Source of the DNA: Macrostomum lignano
Taxonomy: Eukaryota
Assembly: GCA_002269645.1 (NCBI GenBank)
Contig: NIVC01000770.1
Span: forward strand, 1-61,539
Length of the DNA: 61,539 nucleotides
Reading direction: 5' to 3'
In this document: positions 1 through 12,000 of the stretch, one piece after another
Layout of the letters: the number at the start of each line of letters is the position of its first letter
Position numbering within the stretch: the first letter of the stretch is position 1
Position numbers and translations under genes: made by a program
The notes under the pieces: generated by a model
Seen by the model: the letters and a program-made list of their open reading frames with translations, nothing else
What the model was told of the DNA's origin: nothing
The model's database searches: none

Positions 1-3000
1 CGAAGGCTTCGTGCTCCTGCAACAAGCCTCGCTCATCAGGCACTGGCAGGTCGGCTTCTTCTGCGGATGGCTTCTTCTTCGCCTCTTCCTCAACGGCCTC
101 GAGAAGTGCTTCTTCTCCTCTCGCCGCCAGAGCTCTTCCTCCCTAGCCATGCTGGTGGTACACGCTCCTCCTCGAAGTGCCGCCTCCTCCTCCCAGCTGA
201 CGCACTCTTCCGCGTACACGTACATCTTGTCGAAGGCTTCGTGCTCCTGCAACAAGCCTCGCTCATCAGGCACTGGCAGGTCGGCTTCTTCTGCGGATGG
301 CTTCTTCTTCGCCTCTTCCTCAACGGCCTCGAAGAAGTGCTTCTTCTCCTCTCGCCGCCAGAGCTCTTCCTCCCTAGCCATGCTGGTGGTACACGCTCCT
401 CCTCGAAGTGGGCCGCCTCCTCCTCCCAGCTGACGCACTCTTCCGCGTACACGTACATCTTGTCGAAGGCTTCGTGCTCCTGCAACAAGCCTCGCTCATC
501 AGGCACTGGCAGGTCGGCTTCTTCTGCGGATGGCTTCTTCTTCGCCTCTTCCTCAACGGCCTCGAAGAAGTGCTTCTTCTCCTCTCGCCGCCAGAGCTCT
601 TCCTCCCTAGCCAGCTGGTGGTACACGCTCCTCCTCGAAGTGGGCCGCCTCCTCCTCCCAGCTGACGCACTCTTCCGCGTACACGTACATCTTGTCGAAG
701 GCTTCGTGCTCCTGCAACAAGCCTCGCTCATCAGGCACTGGCAGGTCGGCTTCTTCTGCGGATGGCTTCTTCTTCGCCTCTTCCTCAACGGCCTCGAAGA
801 AGTGCTTCTTCTCCTCTCGCCGCCAGAGCTCTTCCTCCCTAGCCAGTGCTGGTGGTACACGCTCCTCCTCGAAGTGGGCCGCCTCCTCCTCCCAGCTGAC
901 GCACTCTTCCGCGTACACGTACATCTTGTCGAAGGCTTCGTGCTCCTGCAACAAGCCTCGCTCATCAGGCACTGGCAGGTCGGCTTCTTCTGCGGATGGC
1001 TTCTTCTTCGCCTCTTCCTCAACGGCCTCGAAGAAGTGCTTCTTCTCCTCTCGCCGCCAGAGCTCTTCCTCCCTAGCCAGTGCTGGTGGTACACGCTCCT
1101 CCTCGAAGTGGGCCGCCTCCTCCTCCCAGCTGACGCACTCTTCCGCGTACACGTACATCTTGTCGAAGGCTTCGTGCTCCTGCAACAAGCCTCGCTCATC
1201 AGGCACTGGCAGGTCGGCTTCTTCTGCGGATGGCTTCTTCTTCGCCTCTTCCTCAACGGCCTCGAAGAAGTGCTTCTTCTCCTCTCGCCGCCAGAGCTCT
1301 TCCTCCCTAGCCAGTGCTGGTGGTACACGCTCCTCCTCGAAGTGGGCCGCCTCCTCCTCCCAGCTGACGCACTCTTCCGCGTACACGTACATCTTGTCGA
1401 AGGCTTCGTGCTCCTGCAACAAGCCTCGCTCATCAGGCACTGGCAGGTCGGCTTCTTCTGCGGATGGCTTCTTCTTCGCCTCTTCCTCAACGGCCTCGAA
1501 GAAGTGCTTCTTCTCCTCTCGCCGCCAGAGCTCTTCCTCCCTAGCCAGTGCTGGTGGTACACGCTCCTCCTCGAAGTGGGCCGCCTCCTCCTCCCAGCTG
1601 ACGCACTCTTCCGCGTACACGTACATCTTGTCGAAGGCTTCGTGCTCCTGCAACAAGCCTCGCTCATCAGGCACTGGCAGGTCGGCTTCTTCTGCGGATG
1701 GCTTCTTCTTCGCCTCTTCCTCAACGGCCTCGAAGAAGTGCTTCTTCTCCTCTCGCCGCCAGAGCTCTTCCTCCCTAGCCAGTGCTGGTGGTACACGCTC
1801 CTCCTCGAAGTGGGCCGCCTCCTCCTCCCAGCTGACGCACTCTTCCGCGTACACGTACATCTTGTCGAAGGCTTCGTGCTCCTGCAACAAGCCTCGCTCA
1901 TCAGGCACTGGCAGGTCGGCTTCTTCTGCGGATGGCTTCTTCTTCGCCTCTTCCTCAACGGCCTCGAAGAAGTGCTTCTTCTCCTCTCGCCGCCAGAGCT
2001 CTTCCTCCCTAGCCAGTGCTGGTGGTACACGCTCCTCCTCGAAGTGGGCCGCCTCCTCCTCCCAGCTGACGCACTCTTCCGCGTACACGTACATCTTGTC
2101 GAAGGCTTCGTGCTCCTGCAACAAGCCTCGCTCATCAGGCACTGGCAGGTCGGCTTCTTCTGCGGATGGCTTCTTCTTCGCCTCTTCCTCAACGGCCTCG
2201 AAGAAGTGCTTCTTCTCCTCTCGCCGCCAGAGCTCTTCCTCCCTAGCCAGTGCTGGTGGTACACGCTCCTCCTCGAAGTGGGCCGCCTCCTCCTCCCAGC
2301 TGACGCACTCTTCCGCGTACACGTACATCTTGTCGAAGGCTTCGTGCTCCTGCAACAAGCCTCGCTCATCAGGCACTGGCAGGTCGGCTTCTTCTGCGGA
2401 TGGCTTCTTCTTCGCCTCTTCCTCAACGGCCTCGAAGAAGTGCTTCTTCTCCTCTCGCCGCCAGAGCTCTTCCTCCCTAGCCAGTGCTGGTGGTACACGC
2501 TCCTCCTCGAAGTGGGCCGCCTCCTCCCAGCTGACGCACTCTTCCGCGTACACGTACATCTTGTCGAAGGCTTCGTGCTCCTGCAACAAGCCTCGCTCAT
2601 CAGGCACTGGCAGGTCGGCTTCTTCTGCGGATGGCTTCTTCTTCGCCTCTTCCTCAACGGCCTCGAAGAAGTGCTTCTTCTCCTCTCGCCGCCAGAGCTC
2701 TTCCTCCCTAGCCAGTGCTGGTGGTACACGCTCCTCCTCGAAGTGGGCCGCCTCCTCCTCCCAGCTGACGCACTCTTCCGCGTACACGTACATCTTGTCG
2801 AAGGCTTCGTGCTCCTGCAACAAGCCTCGCTCATCAGGCACTGGCAGGTCGGCTTCTTCTGCGGATGGCTTCTTCTTCGCCTCTTCCTCAACGGCCTCGA
2901 AGAAGTGCTTCTTCTCCTCTCGCCGCCAGAGCTCTTCCTCCCTAGCCAGTGCTGGTGGTACACGCTCCTCCTCGAAGTGGGCCGCCTCCTCCTCCCAGCT

Positions 3001-6000
3001 GACGCACTCTTCCGCGTACACGTACATCTTGTCGAAGGCTTCGTGCTCCTGCAACAAGCCTCGCTCATCAGGCACTGGCAGGTCGGCTTCTTCTGCGGAT
3101 GGCTTCTTCTTCGCCTCTTCCTCAACGGCCTCGAAGAAGTGCTTCTTCTCCTCTCGCCGCCAGAGCTCTTCCTCCCTAGCCAGTGCTGGTGGTACACGCT
3201 CCTCCTCGAAGTGGGCCGCCTCCTCCTCCCAGCTGACGCACTCTTCCGCGTACACGTACATCTTGTCGAAGGCTTCGTGCTCCTGCAACAAGCCTCGCTC
3301 ATCAGGCACTGGCAGGTCGGCTTCTTCTGCGGATGGCTTCTTCTTCGCCTCTTCCTCAACGGCCTCGAAGAAGTGCTTCTTCTCCTCTCGCCGCCAGAGC
3401 TCTTCCTCCCTAGCCAGTGCTGGTGGTACACGCTCCTCCTCGAAGTGGGCCGCCTCCTCCTCCCAGCTGACGCACTCTTCCGCGTACACGTACATCTTGT
3501 CGAAGGCTTCGTGCTCCTGCAACAAGCCTCGCTCATCAGGCACTGGCAGGTCGGCTTCTTCTGCGGATGGCTTCTTCTTCGCCTCTTCCTCAACGGCCTC
3601 GAAGAAGTGCTTCTTCTCCTCTCGCCGCCAGAGCTCTTCCTCCCTAGCCAGTGCTGGTGGTACACGCTCCTCCTCGAAGTGGGCCGCCTCCTCCTCCCAG
3701 CTGACGCACTCTTCCGCGTACACGTACATCTTGTCGAAGGCTTCGTGCTCCTGCAACAAGCCTCGCTCATCAGGCACTGGCAGGTCGGCTTCTTCTGCGG
3801 ATGGCTTCTTCTTCGCCTCTTCCTCAACGGCCTCGAAGAAGTGCTTCTTCTCCTCTCGCCGCCAGAGCTCTTCCTCCCTAGCCAGTGCTGGTGGTACACG
3901 CTCCTCCTCGAAGTGGGCCGCCTCCTCCTCCCAGCTGACGCACTCTTCCGCGTACACGTACATCTTGTCGAAGGCTTCGTGCTCCTGCAACAAGCCTCGC
4001 TCATCAGGCACTGGCAGGTCGGCTTCTTCTGCGGATGGCTTCTTCTTCGCCTCTTCCTCAACGGCCTCGAAGAAGTGCTTCTTCTCCTCTCGCCGCCAGA
4101 GCTCTTCCTCCCTAGCCAGTGCTGGTGGTACACGCTCCTCCTCGAAGTGGGCCGCCTCCTCCTCCCAGCTGACGCACTCTTCCGCGTACACGTACATCTT
4201 GTCGAAGGCTTCGTGCTCCTGCAACAAGCCTCGCTCATCAGGCACTGGCAGGTCGGCTTCTTCTGCGGATGGCTTCTTCTTCGCCTCTTCCTCAACGGCC
4301 TCGAAGAAGTGCTTCTTCTCCTCTCGCCGCCAGAGCTCTTCCTCCCTAGCCAGTGCTGGTGGTACACGCTCCTCCTCGAAGTGGGCCGCCTCCTCCTCCC
4401 AGCTGACGCACTCTTCCGCGTACACGTACATCTTGTCGAAGGCTTCGTGCTCCTGCAACAAGCCTCGCTCATCAGGCACTGGCAGGTCGGCTTCTTCTGC
4501 GGATGGCTTCTTCTTCGCCTCTTCCTCAACGGCCTCGAAGAAGTGCTTCTTCTCCTCTCGCCGCCAGAGCTCTTCCTCCCTAGCCAGTGCTGGTGGTACA
4601 CGCTCTCCTCGAAGTGGGCCGCCTCCTCCTCCCAGCTGACGCACTCTTCCGCGTACACGTACATCTTGTCGAAGGCTTCGTGCTCCTGCAACAAGCCTCG
4701 CTCATCAGGCACTGGCAGGTCGGCTTCTTCTGCGGATGGCTTCTTCTTCGCCTCTTCCTCAACGGCCTCGAAGAAGTGCTTCTTCTCCTCTCGCCGCCAG
4801 AGCTCTTCCTCCCTAGCCAGTGCTGGTGGTACACGCTCCTCCTCGAAGTGGGCCGCCTCCTCCTCCCAGCTGACGCACTCTTCCGCGTACACGTACATCT
4901 TGTCGAAGGCTTCGTGCTCCTGCAACAAGCCTCGCTCATCAGGCACTGGCAGGTCGGCTTCTTCTGCGGATGGCTTCTTCTTCGCCTCTTCCTCAACGGC
5001 CTCGAAGAAGTGCTTCTTCTCCTCTCGCCGCCAGAGCTCTTCCTCCCTAGCCAGTGCTGGTGGTACACGCTCCTCCTCGAAGTGGGCCGCCTCCTCCTCC
5101 CAGCTGACGCACTCTTCCGCGTACACGTACATCTTGTCGAAGGCTTCGTGCTCCTGCAACAAGCCTCGCTCATCAGGCACTGGCAGGTCGGCTTCTTCTG
5201 CGGATGGCTTCTTCTTCGCCTCTTCCTCAACGGCCTCGAAGAAGTGCTTCTTCTCCTCTCGCCGCCAGAGCTCTTCCTCCCTAGCCAGTGCTGGTGGTAC
5301 ACGCTCCTCCTCGAAGTGGGCCGCCTCCTCCTCCCAGCTGACGCACTCTTCCGCGTACACGTACATCTTGTCGAAGGCTTCGTGCTCCTGCAACAAGCCT
5401 CGCTCATCAGGCACTGGCAGGTCGGCTTCTTCTGCGGATGGCTTCTTCTTCGCCTCTTCCTCAACGGCCTCGAAGAAGTGCTTCTTCTCCTCTCGCCGCC
5501 AGAGCTCTTCCTCCCTAGCCAGTGCTGGTGGTACACGCTCCTCCTCGAAGTGGGCCGCCTCCTCCTCCCAGCTGACGCACTCTTCCGCGTACACGTACAT
5601 CTTGTCGAAGGCTTCGTGCTCCTGCAACAAGCCTCGCTCATCAGGCACTGGCAGGTCGGCTTCTTCTGCGGATGGCTTCTTCTTCGCCTCTTCCTCAACG
5701 GCCTCGAAGAAGTGCTTCTTCTCCTCTCGCCGCCAGAGCTCTTCCTCCCTAGCCAGTGCTGGTGGTACACGCTCCTCCTCGAAGTGGGCCGCCTCCTCCT
5801 CCCAGCTGACGCACTCTTCCGCGTACACGTACATCTTGTCGAAGGCTTCGTGCTCCTGCAACAAGCCTCGCTCATCAGGCACTGGCAGGTCGGCTTCTTC
5901 TGCGGATGGCTTCTTCTTCGCCTCTTCCTCAACGGCCTCGAAGAAGTGCTTCTTCTCCTCTCGCCGCCAGAGCTCTTCCTCCCTAGCCAGTGCTGGTGGT

Positions 6001-9000
6001 ACACGCTCCTCCTCGAAGTGGGCCGCCTCCTCCTCCCAGCTGACGCACTCTTCCGCGTACACGTACATCTTGTCGAAGGCTTCGTGCTCCTGCAACAAGC
6101 CTCGCTCATCAGGCACTGGCAGGTCGGCTTCTTCTGCGGATGGCTTCTTCTTCGCCTCTTCCTCAACGGCCTCGAAGAAGTGCTTCTTCTCCTCTCGCCG
6201 CCAGAGCTCTTCCTCCCTAGCCAGTGCTGGTGGTACACGCTCCTCCTCGAAGTGGGCCGCCTCCTCCTCCCAGCTGACGCACTCTTCCGCGTACACGTAC
6301 ATCTTGTCGAAGGCTTCGTGCTCCTGCAACAAGCCTCGCTCATCAGGCACTGGCAGGTCGGCTTCTTCTGCGGATGGCTTCTTCTTCGCCTCTTCCTCAA
6401 CGGCCTCGAAGAAGTGCTTCTTCTCCTCTCGCCGCCAGAGCTCTTCCTCCCTAGCCAGTGCTGGTGGTACACGCTCCTCCTCGAAGTGGGCCGCCTCCTC
6501 CTCCCAGCTGACGCACTCTTCCGCGTACACGTACATCTTGTCGAAGGCTTCGTGCTCCTGCAACAAGCCTCGCTCATCAGGCACTGGCAGGTCGGCTTCT
6601 TCTGCGGATGGCTTCTTCTTCGCCTCTTCCTCAACGGCCTCGAAGAAGTGCTTCTTCTCCTCTCGCCGCCAGAGCTCTTCCTCCCTAGCCAGTGCTGGTG
6701 GTACACGCTCCTCCTCGAAGTGGGCCGCCTCCTCCTCCCAGCTGACGCACTCTTCCGCGTACACGTACATCTTGTCGAAGGCTTCGTGCTCCTGCAACAA
6801 GCCTCGCTCATCAGGCACTGGCAGGTCGGCTTCTTCTGCGGATGGCTTCTTCTTCGCCTCTTCCTCAACGGCCTCGAAGAAGTGCTTCTTCTCCTCTCGC
6901 CGCCAGAGCTCTTCCTCCCTAGCCAGTGCTGGTGGTACACGCTCCTCCTCGAAGTGGGCCGCCTCCTCCTCCCAGCTGACGCACTCTTCCGCGTACACGT
7001 ACATCTTGTCGAAGGCTTCGTGCTCCTGCAACAAGCCTCGCTCATCAGGCACTGGCAGGTCGGCTTCTTCTGCGGATGGCTTCTTCTTCGCCTCTTCCTC
7101 AACGGCCTCGAAGAAGTGCTTCTTCTCCTCTCGCCGCCAGAGCTCTTCCTCCCTAGCCAGTGCTGGTGGTACACGCTCCTCCTCGAAGTGGGCCGCCTCC
7201 TCCTCCCAGCTGACGCACTCTTCCGCGTACACGTACATCTTGTCGAAGGCTTCGTGCTCCTGCAACAAGCCTCGCTCATCAGGCACTGGCAGGTCGGCTT
7301 CTTCTGCGGATGGCTTCTTCTTCGCCTCTTCCTCAACGGCCTCGAAGAAGTGCTTCTTCTCCTCTCGCCGCCAGAGCTCTTCCTCCCTAGCCAGTGCTGG
7401 TGGTACACGCTCCTCCTCGAAGTGGGCCGCCTCCTCCTCCCAGCTGACGCACTCTTCCGCGTACACGTACATCTTGTCGAAGGCTTCGTGCTCCTGCAAC
7501 AAGCCTCGCTCATCAGGCACTGGCAGGTCGGCTTCTTCTGCGGATGGCTTCTTCTTCGCCTCTTCCTCAACGGCCTCGAAGAAGTGCTTCTTCTCCTCTC
7601 GCCGCCAGAGCTCTTCCTCCCTAGCCAGTGCTGGTGGTACACGCTCCTCCTCGAAGTGGGCCGCCTCCTCCTCCCAGCTGACGCACTCTTCCGCGTACAC
7701 GTACATCTTGTCGAAGGCTTCGTGCTCCTGCAACAAGCCTCGCTCATCAGGCACTGGCAGGTCGGCTTCTTCTGCGGATGGCTTCTTCTTCGCCTCTTCC
7801 TCAACGGCCTCGAAGAAGTGCTTCTTCTCCTCTCGCCGCCAGAGCTCTTCCTCCCTAGCCAGTGCTGGTGGTACACGCTCCTCCTCGAAGTGGGCCGCCT
7901 CCTCCTCCCAGCTGACGCACTCTTCCGCGTACACGTACATCTTGTCGAAGGCTTCGTGCTCCTGCAACAAGCCTCGCTCATCAGGCACTGGCAGGTCGGC
8001 TTCTTCTGCGGATGGCTTCTTCTTCGCCTCTTCCTCAACGGCCTCGAAGAAGTGCTTCTTCTCCTCTCGCCGCCAGAGCTCTTCCTCCCTAGCCAGTGCT
8101 GGTGGTACACGCTCCTCCTCGAAGTGGGCCGCCTCCTCCTCCCAGCTGACGCACTCTTCCGCGTACACGTACATCTTGTCGAAGGCTTCGTGCTCCTGCA
8201 ACAAGCCTCGCTCATCAGGCACTGGCAGGTCGGCTTCTTCTGCGGATGGCTTCTTCTTCGCCTCTTCCTCAACGGCCTCGAAGAAGTGCTTCTTCTCCTC
8301 TCGCCGCCAGAGCTCTTCCTCCCTAGCCAGTGCTGGTGGTACACGCTCCTCCTCGAAGTGGGCCGCCTCCTCCTCCCAGCTGACGCACTCTTCCGCGTAC
8401 ACGTACATCTTGTCGAAGGCTTCGTGCTCCTGCAACAAGCCTCGCTCATCAGGCACTGGCAGGTCGGCTTCTTCTGCGGATGGCTTCTTCTTCGCCTCTT
8501 CCTCAACGGCCTCGAAGAAGTGCTTCTTCTCCTCTCGCCGCCAGAGCTCTTCCTCCCTAGCCAGTGCTGGTGGTACACGCTCCTCCTCGAAGTGGGCCGC
8601 CTCCTCCTCCCAGCTGACGCACTCTTCCGCGTACACGTACATCTTGTCGAAGGCTTCGTGCTCCTGCAACAAGCCTCGCTCATCAGGCACTGGCAGGTCG
8701 GCTTCTTCTGCGGATGGCTTCTTCTTCGCCTCTTCCTCAACGGCCTCGAAGAAGTGCTTCTTCTCCTCTCGCCGCCAGAGCTCTTCCTCCCTAGCCAGTG
8801 CTGGTGGTACACGCTCCTCCTCGAAGTGGGCCGCCTCCTCCTCCCAGCTGACGCACTCTTCCGCGTACACGTACATCTTGTCGAAGGCTTCGTGCTCCTG
8901 CAACAAGCCTCGCTCATCAGGCACTGGCAGGTCGGCTTCTTCTGCGGATGGCTTCTTCTTCGCCTCTTCCTCAACGGCCTCGAAGAAGTGCTTCTTCTCC

Positions 9001-12000
9001 TCTCGCCGCCAGAGCTCTTCCTCCCTAGCCAGTGCTGGTGGTACACGCTCCTCCTCGAAGTGGGCCGCCTCCTCCTCCCAGCTGACGCACTCTTCCGCGT
9101 ACACGTACATCTTGTCGAAGGCTTCGTGCTCCTGCAACAAGCCTCGCTCATCAGGCACTGGCAGGTCGGCTTCTTCTGCGGATGGCTTCTTCTTCGCCTC
9201 TTCCTCAACGGCCTCGAAGAAGTGCTTCTTCTCCTCTCGCCGCCAGAGCTCTTCCTCCCTAGCCAGTGCTGGTGGTACACGCTCCTCCTCGAAGTGGGCC
9301 GCCTCCTCCTCCCAGCTGACGCACTCTTCCGCGTACACGTACATCTTGTCGAAGGCTTCGTGCTCCTGCAACAAGCCTCGCTCATCAGGCACTGGCAGGT
9401 CGGCTTCTTCTGCGGATGGCTTCTTCTTCGCCTCTTCCTCAACGGCCTCGAAGAAGTGCTTCTTCTCCTCTCGCCGCCAGAGCTCTTCCTCCCTAGCCAG
9501 TGCTGGTGGTACACGCTCCTCCTCGAAGTGGGCCGCCTCCTCCTCCCAGCTGACGCACTCTTCCGCGTACACGTACATCTTGTCGAAGGCTTCGTGCTCC
9601 TGCAACAAGCCTCGCTCATCAGGCACTGGCAGGTCGGCTTCTTCTGCGGATGGCTTCTTCTTCGCCTCTTCCTCAACGGCCTCGAAGAAGTGCTTCTTCT
9701 CCTCTCGCCGCCAGAGCTCTTCCTCCCTAGCCAGTGCTGGTGGTACACGCTCCTCCTCGAAGTGGGCCGCCTCCTCCTCCCAGCTGACGCACTCTTCCGC
9801 GTACACGTACATCTTGTCGAAGGCTTCGTGCTCCTGCAACAAGCCTCGCTCATCAGGCACTGGCAGGTCGGCTTCTTCTGCGGATGGCTTCTTCTTCGCC
9901 TCTTCCTCAACGGCCTCGAAGAAGTGCTTCTTCTCCTCTCGCCGCCAGAGCTCTTCCTCCCTAGCCAGTGCTGGTGGTACACGCTCCTCCTCGAAGTGGG
10001 CCGCCTCCTCCTCCCAGCTGACGCACTCTTCCGCGTACACGTACATCTTGTCGAAGGCTTCGTGCTCCTGCAACAAGCCTCGCTCATCAGGCACTGGCAG
10101 GTCGGCTTCTTCTGCGGATGGCTTCTTCTTCGCCTCTTCCTCAACGGCCTCGAAGAAGTGCTTCTTCTCCTCTCGCCGCCAGAGCTCTTCCTCCCTAGCC
10201 AGTGCTGGTGGTACACGCTCCTCCTCGAAGTGGGCCGCCTCCTCCTCCCAGCTGACGCACTCTTCCGCGTACACGTACATCTTGTCGAAGGCTTCGTGCT
10301 CCTGCAACAAGCCTCGCTCATCAGGCACTGGCAGGTCGGCTTCTTCTGCGGATGGCTTCTTCTTCGCCTCTTCCTCAACGGCCTCGAAGAAGTGCTTCTT
10401 CTCCTCTCGCCGCCAGAGCTCTTCCTCCCTAGCCAGTGCTGGTGGTACACGCTCCTCCTCGAAGTGGGCCGCCTCCTCCTCCCAGCTGACGCACTCTTCC
10501 GCGTACACGTACATCTTGTCGAAGGCTTCGTGCTCCTGCAACAAGCCTCGCTCATCAGGCACTGGCAGGTCGGCTTCTTCTGCGGATGGCTTCTTCTTCG
10601 CCTCTTCCTCAACGGCCTCGAAGAAGTGCTTCTTCTCCTCTCGCCGCCAGAGCTCTTCCTCCCTAGCCAGTGCTGGTGGTACACGCTCCTCCTCGAAGTG
10701 GGCCGCCTCCTCCTCCCAGCTGACGCACTCTTCCGCGTACACGTACATCTTGTCGAAGGCTTCGTGCTCCTGCAACAAGCCTCGCTCATCAGGCACTGGC
10801 AGGTCGGCTTCTTCTGCGGATGGCTTCTTCTTCGCCTCTTCCTCAACGGCCTCGAAGAAGTGCTTCTTCTCCTCTCGCCGCCAGAGCTCTTCCTCCCTAG
10901 CCAGTGCTGGTGGTACACGCTCCTCCTCGAAGTGGGCCGCCTCCTCCTCCCAGCTGACGCACTCTTCCGCGTACACGTACATCTTGTCGAAGGCTTCGTG
11001 CTCCTGCAACAAGCCTCGCTCATCAGGCACTGGCAGGTCGGCTTCTTCTGCGGATGGCTTCTTCTTCGCCTCTTCCTCAACGGCCTCGAAGAAGTGCTTC
11101 TTCTCCTCTCGCCGCCAGAGCTCTTCCTCCCTAGCCAGTGCTGGTGGTACACGCTCCTCCTCGAAGTGGGCCGCCTCCTCCTCCCAGCTGACGCACTCTT
11201 CCGCGTACACGTACATCTTGTCGAAGGCTTCGTGCTCCTGCAACAAGCCTCGCTCATCAGGCACTGGCAGGTCGGCTTCTTCTGCGGATGGCTTCTTCTT
11301 CGCCTCTTCCTCAACGGCCTCGAAGAAGTGCTTCTTCTCCTCTCGCCGCCAGAGCTCTTCCTCCCTAGCCAGTGCTGGTGGTACACGCTCCTCCTCGAAG
11401 TGGGCCGCCTCCTCCTCCCAGCTGACGCACTCTTCCGCGTACACGTACATCTTGTCGAAGGCTTCGTGCTCCTGCAACAAGCCTCGCTCATCAGGCACTG
11501 GCAGGTCGGCTTCTTCTGCGGATGGCTTCTTCTTCGCCTCTTCCTCAACGGCCTCGAAGAAGTGCTTCTTCTCCTCTCGCCGCCAGAGCTCTTCCTCCCT
11601 AGCCAGTGCTGGTGGTACACGCTCCTCCTCGAAGTGGGCCGCCTCCTCCTCCCAGCTGACGCACTCTTCCGCGTACACGTACATCTTGTCGAAGGCTTCG
11701 TGCTCCTGCAACAAGCCTCGCTCATCAGGCACTGGCAGGTCGGCTTCTTCTGCGGATGGCTTCTTCTTCGCCTCTTCCTCAACGGCCTCGAAGAAGTGCT
11801 TCTTCTCCTCTCGCCGCCAGAGCTCTTCCTCCCTAGCCAGTGCTGGTGGTACACGCTCCTCCTCGAAGTGGGCCGCCTCCTCCTCCCAGCTGACGCACTC
11901 TTCCGCGTACACGTACATCTTGTCGAAGGCTTCGTGCTCCTGCAACAAGCCTCGCTCATCAGGCACTGGCAGGTCGGCTTCTTCTGCGGATGGCTTCTTC

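Noticed and set aside
4595-4615. Programmed ribosomal frameshift at the frame switch
   Set aside because: It is a 1-bp deletion in one unit relative to ~190 others, with no slippery heptamer or unique stimulatory structure.
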